Origin: Candidatus Adlerbacteria bacterium GW2011_GWA1_54_10
GTDB taxonomy: Bacteria; Patescibacteriota; Minisyncoccia; Phycocordibacterales; SBAW01
Assembly (NCBI GenBank): GCA_001004665.1
Contig: LCRO01000003.1
Span: 63,984 to 127,983 of the forward strand
Length of the DNA stretch: 64,000 nt
Direction of reading: 5' to 3'
A program made the position numbers and the translations under genes. The notes under the pieces were generated by a model. It was given only the letters and a program-made list of their open reading frames with translations. It did not search any database and had not been told where the DNA came from. Positions within the stretch are counted from its first letter, which is position 1, and each line of letters starts with the position of its first letter. Positions 40,414 to 50,142 of this stretch are shown piece after piece.

Positions 40414-41650
40414 GCTGCAATATTAGCACAAGCTCCTCCGCTTCCACTCTTTTTTGTCCGCCGGAGTCCCTGTCGCGGACGGTGACGGTATTGTTTTCCA
40501 AAGTCTCGAAATCGACGGTGATGCACCACGGAGTGCCTATCTCGTCCTGCCTGCGATACCTCTTGCCTATATTGCCGTTATCGTCCCACATTGTATTTGG
40601 GATTTGCGATTTGAGATTTGAATATATTTCACGGGCCTTAGTGACCAACTCCGGTTTGTTTTTAAGCAGAGGAAACACCGCGGCCTTTACTGGGGCGATT
40701 GAGGGATTAAACTTCAGCAGAATCCGTTTTTCTCCCTTGCCCTCCGAAGCCTCGGCGGAGGAGCGGCCGAGATCATCCTCCGCATATGCGCTCAAAAGCA
40801 CCGCGAGCACGGTGCGGTCAACACCAAAGGAGGGCTCAATCACATGTGGTACAATTTTTTCGCCGGTTTCCTGATCGACATAGCGCAATTCCACTCCGGA
40901 ACCGCGCTCGTGCGCCGAAAGATCAAAGCTGGTTCGATACGCAAGTCCGCAAAGCTCCTTCGTGCCGAAGGGGAAGTCAAACTCAAAATCGATCGTCCGC
41001 TTGGAGTAATGCGCACGTTCCGCGTCGGGGACATCGAGTTCGTGAACCTTGTCCATATCTATCCCAACAGCCGCAAGGTATCCCGGCACTTTCTTTCTCC
41101 ACTCTTCAAAATACCGCTCCCATTCGCTCGGACGTACAAAATACTCCACCTCCATCTGCTCAAGTTCGCGCACGCGGAAAATGAAATCGCGCGGCGCGAT
41201 CTCGTTGCGGAACACCTTCCCTATCTGCGCAATGCCGAAAGGAAGCACAGGGTGGAAAGAATCTACGACGTTCTTGAAATTTACGAAGATGCCTCCGGCG
41301 GTTTCCGGCCGAAGATACGCCGTCATGGCCTCTTCGCCCGCGCCTACGGAAGTTTTGAACATGGTGTTGAACATCTTGTCGCCAAGCGGATCCGCAAAGC
41401 TCGAAATGTGTCCACTCGACTCCCACGCCTTTGGGTTCATGATGACGGCCGTGTCTATACCGTACATATCATCGCGAGAGTCGACAAAAGTGTGCCACCA
41501 GAGCTGTTTTATGTTGTTTTTGAGCGCCAGCCCGTAGTGCGCGTAATCCCACATGCCGGCTAGACCGCCGTATATCTCGGAGCCTTGATAAACGAAGCCG
41601 CGCCGCTTGCAAAGCGACACTACTTTTTCCATAAGATCGTCTCGCGCCAT
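40394..41650 (-). CDS. glyQS: Glycine--tRNA ligase, alpha2 type
   Basis: LRPETAGG, FRNEIAPR, IEPSFG and YRRQDEIGTP motifs. Confidence 0.96.
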   Translation of the reverse strand: MARDDLMEKVVSLCKRRGFVYQGSEIYGGLAGMWDYAHYGLALKNNIKQLWWHTFVDSRDDMYGIDTAVIMNPKAWESSGHISSFADPLGDKMFNTMFKTSVGAGEEAMTAYLRPETAGGIFVNFKNVVDSFHPVLPFGIAQIGKVFRNEIAPRDFIFRVRELEQMEVEYFVRPSEWERYFEEWRKKVPGYLAAVGIDMDKVHELDVPDAERAHYSKRTIDFEFDFPFGTKELCGLAYRTSFDLSAHERGSGVELRYVDQETGEKIVPHVIEPSFGVDRTVLAVLLSAYAEDDLGRSSAEASEGKGEKRILLKFNPSIAPVKAAVFPLLKNKPELVTKAREIYSNLKSQIPNTMWDDNGNIGKRYRRQDEIGTPWCITVDFETLENNTVTVRDRDSGGQKRVEAEELVLILQHGLAGY

Positions 41651-41675
41651 TTGTGCGACTATAGCATTTTGCCGG

Positions 41676-43515
41676 TTATTTTGGGAGCACGGCGGCGCCT
41701 GTCGTGGGAGCTTCCGCGGTCGCAGATACTTGCACTTGCGCGAAGCGGTCGGTGCCTGTCAGCGCCGCGGCGCCCGTTATTTGCGGTGCCTGTCCGACCT
41801 GCGACTGCGACGGCGACATGGAAATTTGGAACGAGACTTCCCGCGCCGCGGATGTATATCCGACACCGGCCTTAACATCGCCCACGCTCCAGCGTACCGT
41901 CCGACTGCTCTGGTCGTAGGTAATGCCCTCCCCGCCGGAAATGAACTGCACATACGGCGGCAGGACGGCCGAGACCGCTGTTCCTCCTACGGTATTCGAG
42001 GAATTTTTTATGGACCATACGATGTTGTAGGTCGTCGCGCTCTCGGCGCGCGGTGGCGCGACGCCGCCCGATACGGAAGCCCGCACCAAGAGAGACACCG
42101 CGGATGCGAGCACGACCTGCGACTGCGCCGCGCCCGTTATCTCCTGCGGCTCGCCGCCGCTGGGCGCGCGCGAAGCGCGCACGGAGAGGGAAAGATCTAT
42201 TGTCGGATTGCTGTATAGAGTGCCGGAGGTTCCGGGAGGGAGAGTGGCGAAGGAAAACTGGAGACTTCCACCACCGCCAGGCTCGGCGCGCGCGAGCGAC
42301 GGGTCCTGCGTCTTGGTCCAGATAATGGAGTTGTCAACGGATTGGAAGAATCCTGCCGTGGATTCGATGGAGCCGCGCTCGAGCATCGGACCCTTTAGCG
42401 CAAGGGAAACTTCGATGTCCTGCACCGCCTCCGCGGAGTTGTTGCGCCAGGAGACGAAGCCCTGTAATTTTCTCCCCGCCTGCGCCGCTATTGTCTTGCC
42501 GCTTTGGCCATCCACGGAGATGCTCCCCGCGACCATCGGCCGCGCGACCGAGAGCGTAACGGGCATGGATAGAAAAGGTACGCGGACCCTGGAGCTGGTC
42601 TCGTCGCTCTCCTGCCCCGCTAAAAAACGGAATACTTTATTGTCGCCGTCCTGACCCTCCAGGATGCCTCGCAGGATAATGGTCTCCGAAGCGCCGGGCT
42701 CTAGCGTACCGAGCCGCCAAAGCCCTCCCGCTCCCGCGCGCGGCGACGAGTTCTGTAATGAAAACCCGGCGGGATATTGAACTTCTATAGCGACACTCTC
42801 CGTCGGAGACTGCGCATTACTGCGGACCTCCATCTCTATCGCGAACGGCGCTCCTGAAACGACCTCGCTCGGTGCATCAATGGCGACGGAAACCGGCGAT
42901 GAGCCGATGGTGAACGAGGCTTCCGACTCTTTGGTAAATATGGCGGTCGAGCCCTTGACGCTGTACTCGAGGGTCGCGCGCACTTTTTGTACGCTCCCTT
43001 CCTGCCCGTAGAACACGGCGCTTGCGGTGCGCTTTAATTGCCGTCCAGGTTCTATAGTGCCAAGTGACTGCCTCTCGCGCGGATACTCTTTGGTCGGGTC
43101 CTTCGGGTCCCTCGTTCCGGCCGGATATTCGATGACAAGGTCGACAAGCCGGAGCTCCGAGGCGTTGCGGTTTTGGACAATGAACTGCAACTGCGCTTCC
43201 GAACCGCCGTCAATGAGCGAAGGTGCGACTATCTGTAGGTCGATGTTGCGCGAGGAAATAAAGTTAGCGCCGCCGAAGAAGAAATACGCGGCGGCGCCGA
43301 GAGCTACGATAAAAAAGCCCGCGGAGGCGATGAAAAATTTTTTGGCAAGCGAAAAAGACGCTTTTTTATCTGCAAAAGGGCCGGATCGATTCCTCATCTG
43401 CGCTTGCGGTGTTTGCCCGTCCGAATCTTCCCATAGAGCCCGTGCCCCGCTCTCGCCCGGTTCTCGAGTACAGCTTGTCTTTAAGCTCCTCCACGGAGCT
43501 TTTTTCTTGTCCCAC
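41676..43515 (-). CDS. Membrane-anchored multi-Ig-domain protein; frame broken at ~43437 (likely artefact)
   Basis: GTG at 43515 with TGcTATAAT 6 nt upstream reads MGQEKSSVEELKDKLYSR, then shifts into the 573-aa ORF. Confidence 0.7.
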
Positions 43516-43530
43516 GGAGAAATTATAGCA

Positions 43531-44088
43531 TTACAGCCCCGTCATTTGCAGGGACTCGTTGATGGTGCGCACCAGGAGCGAGCGGGACTCAATCGCTTTG
43601 GCGGAGAGCTCGATGGAAAAGCCTCCTTCTATAAAAGGCGCGAGCGCCTGCGTATGGGGCAGATAGCCCAGAGCAAATAGTATGCGCAATACCAAAACGC
43701 ACTCGATCGCCTCGGCATGGGGCTCTTTCGTCGCTGCGAGGGCGCGCAGGCCTTCGGAAACCTCGTCGAATAACTGCGGGTTTTTTTCTTCCCCGTGCAC
43801 GAGGCGCAATAAAAGTTGTGCAATCCGGCCCGACTGCGCCGAGAGTCCGAGCGGTCGGATGCCATGCGCCTCCGTGACGCGCCACTCGTGCCTTCCGCGT
43901 ATCAGGCAAAATCGCGCAGAAGTCAGAGGCTCGAGCCCATAGCGCAGTTTTGATGCTTCCGCGCGCGCGGCGCGCGCACTCGCTACCACAAGCCCGAACT
44001 CGCGTGTCAATATCGCAACGCGCAAGTTCGCCTCTCCTACGCCGCGCTTGCGCAGGACAATTCCGTCAGTTGCCGTTTTTTCGTACAT
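43531..44088 (-). CDS. recO: DNA repair protein RecO (short)
   Basis: GIVLRKRGVGEAN...LTREFG...SKLRYGLEP...LGYLP. Confidence 0.85.
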   Translation of the reverse strand: MYEKTATDGIVLRKRGVGEANLRVAILTREFGLVVASARAARAEASKLRYGLEPLTSARFCLIRGRHEWRVTEAHGIRPLGLSAQSGRIAQLLLRLVHGEEKNPQLFDEVSEGLRALAATKEPHAEAIECVLVLRILFALGYLPHTQALAPFIEGGFSIELSAKAIESRSLLVRTINESLQMTGL

Positions 44089-47000
44089 ACTTCAAATCTT
44101 TGAGGCCGGTAAGTAGCATGATTTTATCTCGGTACTTATTCGCCACTACCATCTCTTCTTCGGTAACTGCAAGCGTGCATTCTGGCTTGTCGGCGATTTT
44201 ATATCCTTTTTCCTTGCGCCACTCCTGCACGCGGCGGACAAGCTCGCGCACGACGCCCTCCTCGCGCAACTGCGGCGTGATGAACGTATCGAGCACCGCC
44301 TCCCCATCGACTCGAGCGACTTCTTTCACGTTAAGCTCGTCGGCAAGAATCGCCCGCAGTTGCGGATTTTCCGGCAACACAGGAGCGGTAAATTTCGCGA
44401 GCGGCTGCCTGACCTTGATGCCCGCCCTCTCACGCAGCTGAAGACCCTCCGACGCCGCTTTGTGTATCTGCTCCATTTCCCTCAAAATATTCTCGTCGAT
44501 CTGCAGGGGTTCCGGCCAATCAGAAAGATGCACGCTTTCCGGATCGTTCTTGCTCTTTACGCTCCGATATAAATCCTCGGCGAAGAACGGCATAACGGGA
44601 GCCATAACGTGCGCCGCAGTATAGAGGACAAAGCGCAATGTAGAGACGGCCCGCGCATCGCCATTTTTGAACCGCTCGCGCGAGCGGCGCACGTACCACG
44701 CCGAAAGGTCGTCAATGAATTTTCCGAGTGGCCGCACCGCCGCATCCAATTCGTACTTTTCGAATCCTTCGGTCGCATCGCGCACCAGCTCGCCTAGGCG
44801 CGAGAGAATCCATTTGTCGAGTATATGCAAAGGAGAAACTTCCTGAAGAAAATGCTCTGGTTGAGGCGAAGCCGACCCGAGGACATTTTCGGAAGGAAGC
44901 TTCTCCGAAGCATACAACTTGTAAAAACTTCGGACATTGTCGATGCGCATGAGCAATTTCTTCGACACCTCGTCCACACCGCGCTCGTTAAAACGCAAGT
45001 CCTCCGCGCGCACGACGCCGGAGGAAAGAAGATAGTATCGCAGGGCGTCCGCGCCGTACTTGGCCACGACCTCCATGGGGTCGGGATAATTTTTGAGCCG
45101 CTTACTCATCTTTTGGCCGTCCGAGGCAAGCACGAGGCCATTGACTATCACTTTTTTATACGGACTCCGTCCGAAGAGCGCGACGCCGAGCACTATCAGT
45201 GAGTAAAACCACCCGCGCGTCTGGTCGAGCCCCTCGGCGATAAAGTCCGCCGGATAGCCCTTAGCCCCAAAGCGAAGAAAGCGTTCCGGGTCAAAATTCT
45301 TTTTCTCGAACGGGTAGTGATTGCTCGCGAAAGGCATCGAGCCCGACTCAAACCAGCAGTCAAACACCTCCGGCACGCGCTGCCACTGACCGTGTATGCC
45401 GTTGCCCATCGGCACCTCGTCTATGTACGGACGGTGCAGGTCGAGCTCATAGTTTTGATTATGAGGAAAGGGGACAAATGGAATTTCCTGCAACTCGGCG
45501 GTCTTAAGCATAACTTCTTCATCAAAATCAAAACTGCCGGACAACTTTCGGGCCGCGACTTTCTGAAGGATCCAGATCGGCAAGCCGTGTGAAATAATAA
45601 GAATGTTTTTGTTCGTGTAGCGCCGCTCCGCCTCAAACAAAAACTCACCCATACGCCTGCGCACTGCCAAAATATCGGATTCATTGAGCTCGTGCAGGCG
45701 CTTGTCAATCATCACCGCAGAATCCGGAAGCCCCAGCTCCTTTTGCACTACCGCCGCCGTCTCGCGCGTGCGCAAAAACGGAGAGACGATAATAAGATCG
45801 ACATTCTCGTGCTTGAGTTCCGAAGCAGCCCGCACAGATTCTGCTTTCCCAGTTTCGGTCAAATGATTTTCCGGGTCGCCGCGCGGGTCGGGTACGTTGT
45901 TCGCATTGTTCACTGCCTCCCCGTGCCGCATCACAAAGTAGCGGTTGCCGGAGCGGCGGACCATAGAAAGCAGTTCCTCTATCGAGCCGATGATCTTTAT
46001 CTCTTTAGTTTTGGAGTGTCGCCATACGGGAAGCGGCGCGCCCCAATAGCGGCTGCGCGATATAGCCCAGTCCGGCGCGCTCTCTATTCCCTTGTGGAAG
46101 CGACCCTTGCCGACATTCTCCGGCACCCATGCGATTTTCGCGTTCTCCTTGAGTAGCTTGTTTTTTAAAGCCGACACTTTTACGAACCACGAGCTGGCCG
46201 CAGAGTTGAGTAGCGGCGTGTCGCATCGCCAGCAGTGCGGGTAGGAGTGCGTTGTTTTTTCTTTCTTGAAGAGCAATCCTTTTTGTTCGAGGAGCGCCGC
46301 GACCTTCTCGTCCGTTTCGCGCGGACTCCCCTTCGGCTTTACGGGCAGGCCCGCAAGATCTTTTACCGCAAGCACGAATTTTCCCTCCTCGGTTATATGC
46401 CTTATAAGCGGAACCTTCTCCCTTTGCCCGAGTGCAAGGTCATCCGCGCCGAATGCCGGAGCGATGTGCACGATGCCCGTACCCTCGCCGAGCGACACAA
46501 AGTCGGCGCCATACACGCGCCATATTTTATTATTTTTGGAGAATTCGCCTGCGAAATAGTCGAACGGCGGCAAATATTTTTTGCCGATAAGCTCTTTACC
46601 TTTATATTCCGCAACAACTGATTTTTCCGGAGCAAGTTCTCTTGCAACAATAATGAACTCGTTTCCAGTTTTTACTTTCACATATATAGCGCTCGGATTG
46701 ACTGCCACAGCGGCATTGCCCGGAAGCGTCCATGCGGTCGTGGTCCAGATCAACAAAGAGGTACTGGGATCGTCCGCCAATTGGAATTTTACCGTAACGG
46801 CCAAATCCTCGATATCTTTGTATCCCTGCGCGACCTCGAAGTTGGACAGCGTCGTGCCGCAACGCGGACAATAGTGCATCGCCTTGAAGCCCTCGTAAAT
46901 TAATCCGCGGCCGTGAAGATATTTGAATGCCCACCATACCGACTCGGTGTAGGAGGTGTCCATTGTCTTGTAGGAGTTCTCCATGTCGGCAAAGCGGCCC

Positions 47001-47392
47001 ACGCGCGGAATGGCCCCGCGCCACTCCATTTCGTCCTTCATGATATGGGCACGCGCCGCCTCGTTGAACGAGGCCAGGCCGTACTCCTCAATGTCGCGCT
47101 TCTGCCTGAACCCGAGCTCTTTTTCCACCAAATTCTCGACCGGAAGCCCGTGGCAGTCCCATCCCCACCGCCTTTGTACGCGCCAGCCGCGCATCGTGCG
47201 ATAGCGCGGAATGGCGTCTTTTATGGTCGATGCCAAAATGTGCCCGTAGTGCGGGGATCCACTGGCGAAGGGCGGCCCGTCATAGAACACATACTCGCCG
47301 CGCGGCGACTTTTTATCCAGCGACTTCTCGAAAATCTTTTCCTTGTTCCAAAATTCGAGTATTTCCTCCTCCCGCTTCGGCAGATCCGACAT
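44066..47392 (-). CDS. ileS: Isoleucine--tRNA ligase with inserted histidine-phosphatase domain
   Basis: DGPPFASGSPHYGH, YPHCWRC, DWAISRSRYWG, EGLDQTRGWF and KMSK. The insert has MRHG, SPFLRTRETA and SHG. Confidence 0.95.
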   Translation of the reverse strand: MSDLPKREEEILEFWNKEKIFEKSLDKKSPRGEYVFYDGPPFASGSPHYGHILASTIKDAIPRYRTMRGWRVQRRWGWDCHGLPVENLVEKELGFRQKRDIEEYGLASFNEAARAHIMKDEMEWRGAIPRVGRFADMENSYKTMDTSYTESVWWAFKYLHGRGLIYEGFKAMHYCPRCGTTLSNFEVAQGYKDIEDLAVTVKFQLADDPSTSLLIWTTTAWTLPGNAAVAVNPSAIYVKVKTGNEFIIVARELAPEKSVVAEYKGKELIGKKYLPPFDYFAGEFSKNNKIWRVYGADFVSLGEGTGIVHIAPAFGADDLALGQREKVPLIRHITEEGKFVLAVKDLAGLPVKPKGSPRETDEKVAALLEQKGLLFKKEKTTHSYPHCWRCDTPLLNSAASSWFVKVSALKNKLLKENAKIAWVPENVGKGRFHKGIESAPDWAISRSRYWGAPLPVWRHSKTKEIKIIGSIEELLSMVRRSGNRYFVMRHGEAVNNANNVPDPRGDPENHLTETGKAESVRAASELKHENVDLIIVSPFLRTRETAAVVQKELGLPDSAVMIDKRLHELNESDILAVRRRMGEFLFEAERRYTNKNILIISHGLPIWILQKVAARKLSGSFDFDEEVMLKTAELQEIPFVPFPHNQNYELDLHRPYIDEVPMGNGIHGQWQRVPEVFDCWFESGSMPFASNHYPFEKKNFDPERFLRFGAKGYPADFIAEGLDQTRGWFYSLIVLGVALFGRSPYKKVIVNGLVLASDGQKMSKRLKNYPDPMEVVAKYGADALRYYLLSSGVVRAEDLRFNERGVDEVSKKLLMRIDNVRSFYKLYASEKLPSENVLGSASPQPEHFLQEVSPLHILDKWILSRLGELVRDATEGFEKYELDAAVRPLGKFIDDLSAWYVRRSRERFKNGDARAVSTLRFVLYTAAHVMAPVMPFFAEDLYRSVKSKNDPESVHLSDWPEPLQIDENILREMEQIHKAASEGLQLRERAGIKVRQPLAKFTAPVLPENPQLRAILADELNVKEVARVDGEAVLDTFITPQLREEGVVRELVRRVQEWRKEKGYKIADKPECTLAVTEEEMVVANKYRDKIMLLTGLKDLKYVRKNGN

Positions 47393-47416
47393 TACTAAAA
47401 TATAGCACTTAGCACC

Positions 47417-48994
47417 TTACATTTCTTCCGGCACGGGGATGCCGAGGGCATCGAGCCCCTCGTGTAAGGCGCGCTCGGCGGCTGTCGCAAGGAACACGCC
47501 CATTTGCGGATTCTCGCCGCCGATGACGCGCTCGCGCGCGTACCAACTATTAAAAACCCCCGCCAACTCCGTTAAATAAGTAGTAAGGTAATGCGGCTCC
47601 ATCTCGCGCGCCGCGCGCGCGAGCGCGTCGGGGTAGTGCACTAAAAGGCGCTCGAGTGGGCCGATAGGGGTCGGTTGGACTTGACCTAGCGGCCTGGAGC
47701 GCCATCTATCTTCGGCCTCCGTCCCGAAAGCAGCAATTCCGTGCTTAGCCGCTTCACGCAAAAGCGAGGCGGCGCGGACGCGCGCGTACTGCAGGTAGGG
47801 ACCCGAGTCGCCCTCGAGCGAGAGCGATTTTTCCGGATCAAAAATAATGTCCCTCCCACTGCCCTGTCGCAGAACTGCATATTTTATAGCGCCAACGGCT
47901 ACGTCCATTCTTCCGCGCGCGCGCTCCTTAAGCTCTTCGAGCAACGACTCACCCGTTATTACGTTGCCTTTGCGCGAGGACATCTTACCTTCCGCAAACC
48001 TCATCATCCCGTGCGAAACATGTCTGAATTGGCCCTTCCATTCCGGATGCACGCGCTCGAGCGCCTCGAGCACGACGCGGAAGTACGCATCCTGCTCGTT
48101 TGCCGTAACTGTTATAGACTGATCGAATTTCGCCTTTTCTTTTTTCATCTCCGCCAGCCCCAGATCCTTCGCTTCATACGTCGGGAGTCCCCATTTGGTC
48201 ACGAACACGCGCGTGTGCTCGCCGCGAAATACAACGGCTCCTTCGCTCTCCTCAAAAATCTCCGGATGTCTTTTAACAATCTCCAACCCGCGCCGACCCG
48301 TCTCGCTCTCGAAAAAGTAGTAATCAAATTTCGTTCCGAGTTTTTTATAAATCTCCTCAAAATGCTCGAGTGACTCCTTGCGCCCCGCGTCATACAGCGC
48401 ACTTATCTGCGGATCGCCTACCTCCGCAGGCGGGCTTATTTTGTAAATTTTTTTGTTAAGCTCGTCTATTTCGTCTTTATGTACTTCGTATTCCCGTGCA
48501 CCGTAGGCATAAGCCTCGCCCCAACCAAGATCCGGCTTTTGCAGTTTGCCCCAAATGGCTTTGGCCACATGGGGACCCACGTCGCCCTGATAGTTGGCGC
48601 GTATCACCCGAGCCCCGGACCTTTCGAGCAGTCGCGCTATTGCCTCGCCTATCGCATTACTCATCAAGTGCCCGATGTGAAACTCCTTGAAGGGATTGGG
48701 GTCGGTATACTCGACCATTATTTTTTTGCCGGTATGGAACGGCTCGATTTGCGTATCCTGGATTTTCTTTAAAATAGCCTCGCGCGAAAGAAAAAAGTTG
48801 ATGAACTTTCCTGCGGCTTCTATCCGCTCGACACCTTCTACCTTGAGTTTGTCCGCAAGCTTTCGAGCATCAGTTTTGGCAATCAGTGCGGCATTGGTCG
48901 AATAATCACCATGCGCCATCCGCGCGGGCCTCTCGACGGAAAACGGCATCTCAATTCCTGCCGCTTTAACAGCCTCCTCTATCCTTTTCCTCAT
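47417..48994 (-). CDS. argS: Arginine--tRNA ligase
   Basis: HGDYSTN, PNPFKEFHIGH, KMSSRKG, GPYLQYA and C-terminal PEEM. Confidence 0.96.
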   Translation of the reverse strand: MRKRIEEAVKAAGIEMPFSVERPARMAHGDYSTNAALIAKTDARKLADKLKVEGVERIEAAGKFINFFLSREAILKKIQDTQIEPFHTGKKIMVEYTDPNPFKEFHIGHLMSNAIGEAIARLLERSGARVIRANYQGDVGPHVAKAIWGKLQKPDLGWGEAYAYGAREYEVHKDEIDELNKKIYKISPPAEVGDPQISALYDAGRKESLEHFEEIYKKLGTKFDYYFFESETGRRGLEIVKRHPEIFEESEGAVVFRGEHTRVFVTKWGLPTYEAKDLGLAEMKKEKAKFDQSITVTANEQDAYFRVVLEALERVHPEWKGQFRHVSHGMMRFAEGKMSSRKGNVITGESLLEELKERARGRMDVAVGAIKYAVLRQGSGRDIIFDPEKSLSLEGDSGPYLQYARVRAASLLREAAKHGIAAFGTEAEDRWRSRPLGQVQPTPIGPLERLLVHYPDALARAAREMEPHYLTTYLTELAGVFNSWYARERVIGGENPQMGVFLATAAERALHEGLDALGIPVPEEM

Positions 48995-49011
48995 TCCCAA
49001 AAGAGTAGCAT

Positions 49012-50088
49012 TTACAGTACTGTTTGAGAAAGCTCGGGCGCCACGTTTTCGACAACGGTAAAACCGGCGCGGCCGATGAGAGCGCCCTGCGCCGTCTCTA
49101 CATTGCAGCGCCACCGGCCGGGCTCGAGATTCGATTTGACCGAAAAACCGCGATATCCTTCCGCGCGGCCACCCGATATAGGGAAAGAGACCAGCGAGCG
49201 AGTATCCCATTTTGACCCCGTCATGTATTCCCAACGATGATAGATGGGGGTCATGAGGTCCGCTGGAGCGAACACGGACGAATAGCAAAAAGCGCTTTTC
49301 CCCTCCGCGAGAGTGTAAAAACCGCTCGTAGAGCGCCAAAATTCGGACCAGCGCGGCGCCTCATAAAGCGCCACATAGGCGCCGTCGGCGCGCCGCAGGA
49401 GCGAGTGATATATTCCGCTCTCCCTCAAAGACAGCGGGACCGGCGGAATGATATTGAGAAAATACAGCAGATTGAAGACGACAAAAACGGTCCCGACCAC
49501 GTACGCCGCCGAGGCGGAGCGCGTACTATTGCGGCGGAAAACGAAAAAGTGCATCAGCGCCAAAAATAATCCTATTATAGCCAGGCTCGCGAGTCCGGAG
49601 AGCAAAAAAGTTCCGATGCCTACGGTGTGCGTAAAGAATGTCGGAACCGCTATGATGCAATAGCTAAGGAGCAGGAAATAAAACACGGCGACATTGAAGC
49701 GTAGCTGCGCGTAACGCGTCTTGAGGAACTCGTTGCCGACGAGCATCGCCGCGAGCGCACCAAGGAAAAGCGCGCTCCCGGCGAGTGTGCCCGAGCGGCC
49801 GTAGAGCACAAGCAAATTCGACGCCAAACCGCCGAAGAACACCTGTAGTGCAAAAAGCAGGAAGAGCGGCTCCGCGGAGTGCTGCGCCTCCAGCCGCCGC
49901 ATTTCGCGGCGGTTAAGGATAATTATAAGAAACCCGGCGGCAAGGAGATAAAAAAGAAGGAGCAGGTTATTGGGGATCGAGTCGGGCCTGTCGGCGATGA
50001 CGATGTCGAGCAAAAAGCCGACGAGCAAGCCGGCCGCCGAAATATGCCGCTCGTATCTCCCCCACAGCGCTACCCACACATTGACCAT
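49012..50088 (-). CDS. Membrane protein with C-terminal DUF2914-like domain
   Basis: About 7 TM helices then IPPVPLSL...GGRAEGYRG...GRWRCNVET. Confidence 0.75.
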   Translation of the reverse strand: MVNVWVALWGRYERHISAAGLLVGFLLDIVIADRPDSIPNNLLLLFYLLAAGFLIIILNRREMRRLEAQHSAEPLFLLFALQVFFGGLASNLLVLYGRSGTLAGSALFLGALAAMLVGNEFLKTRYAQLRFNVAVFYFLLLSYCIIAVPTFFTHTVGIGTFLLSGLASLAIIGLFLALMHFFVFRRNSTRSASAAYVVGTVFVVFNLLYFLNIIPPVPLSLRESGIYHSLLRRADGAYVALYEAPRWSEFWRSTSGFYTLAEGKSAFCYSSVFAPADLMTPIYHRWEYMTGSKWDTRSLVSFPISGGRAEGYRGFSVKSNLEPGRWRCNVETAQGALIGRAGFTVVENVAPELSQTVL

Positions 50089-50142
50089 GCATGCATTGTA
50101 ACTAAAAAGAGTGAGGCCGCGCTACGCGCGGGCCGTTTACTT

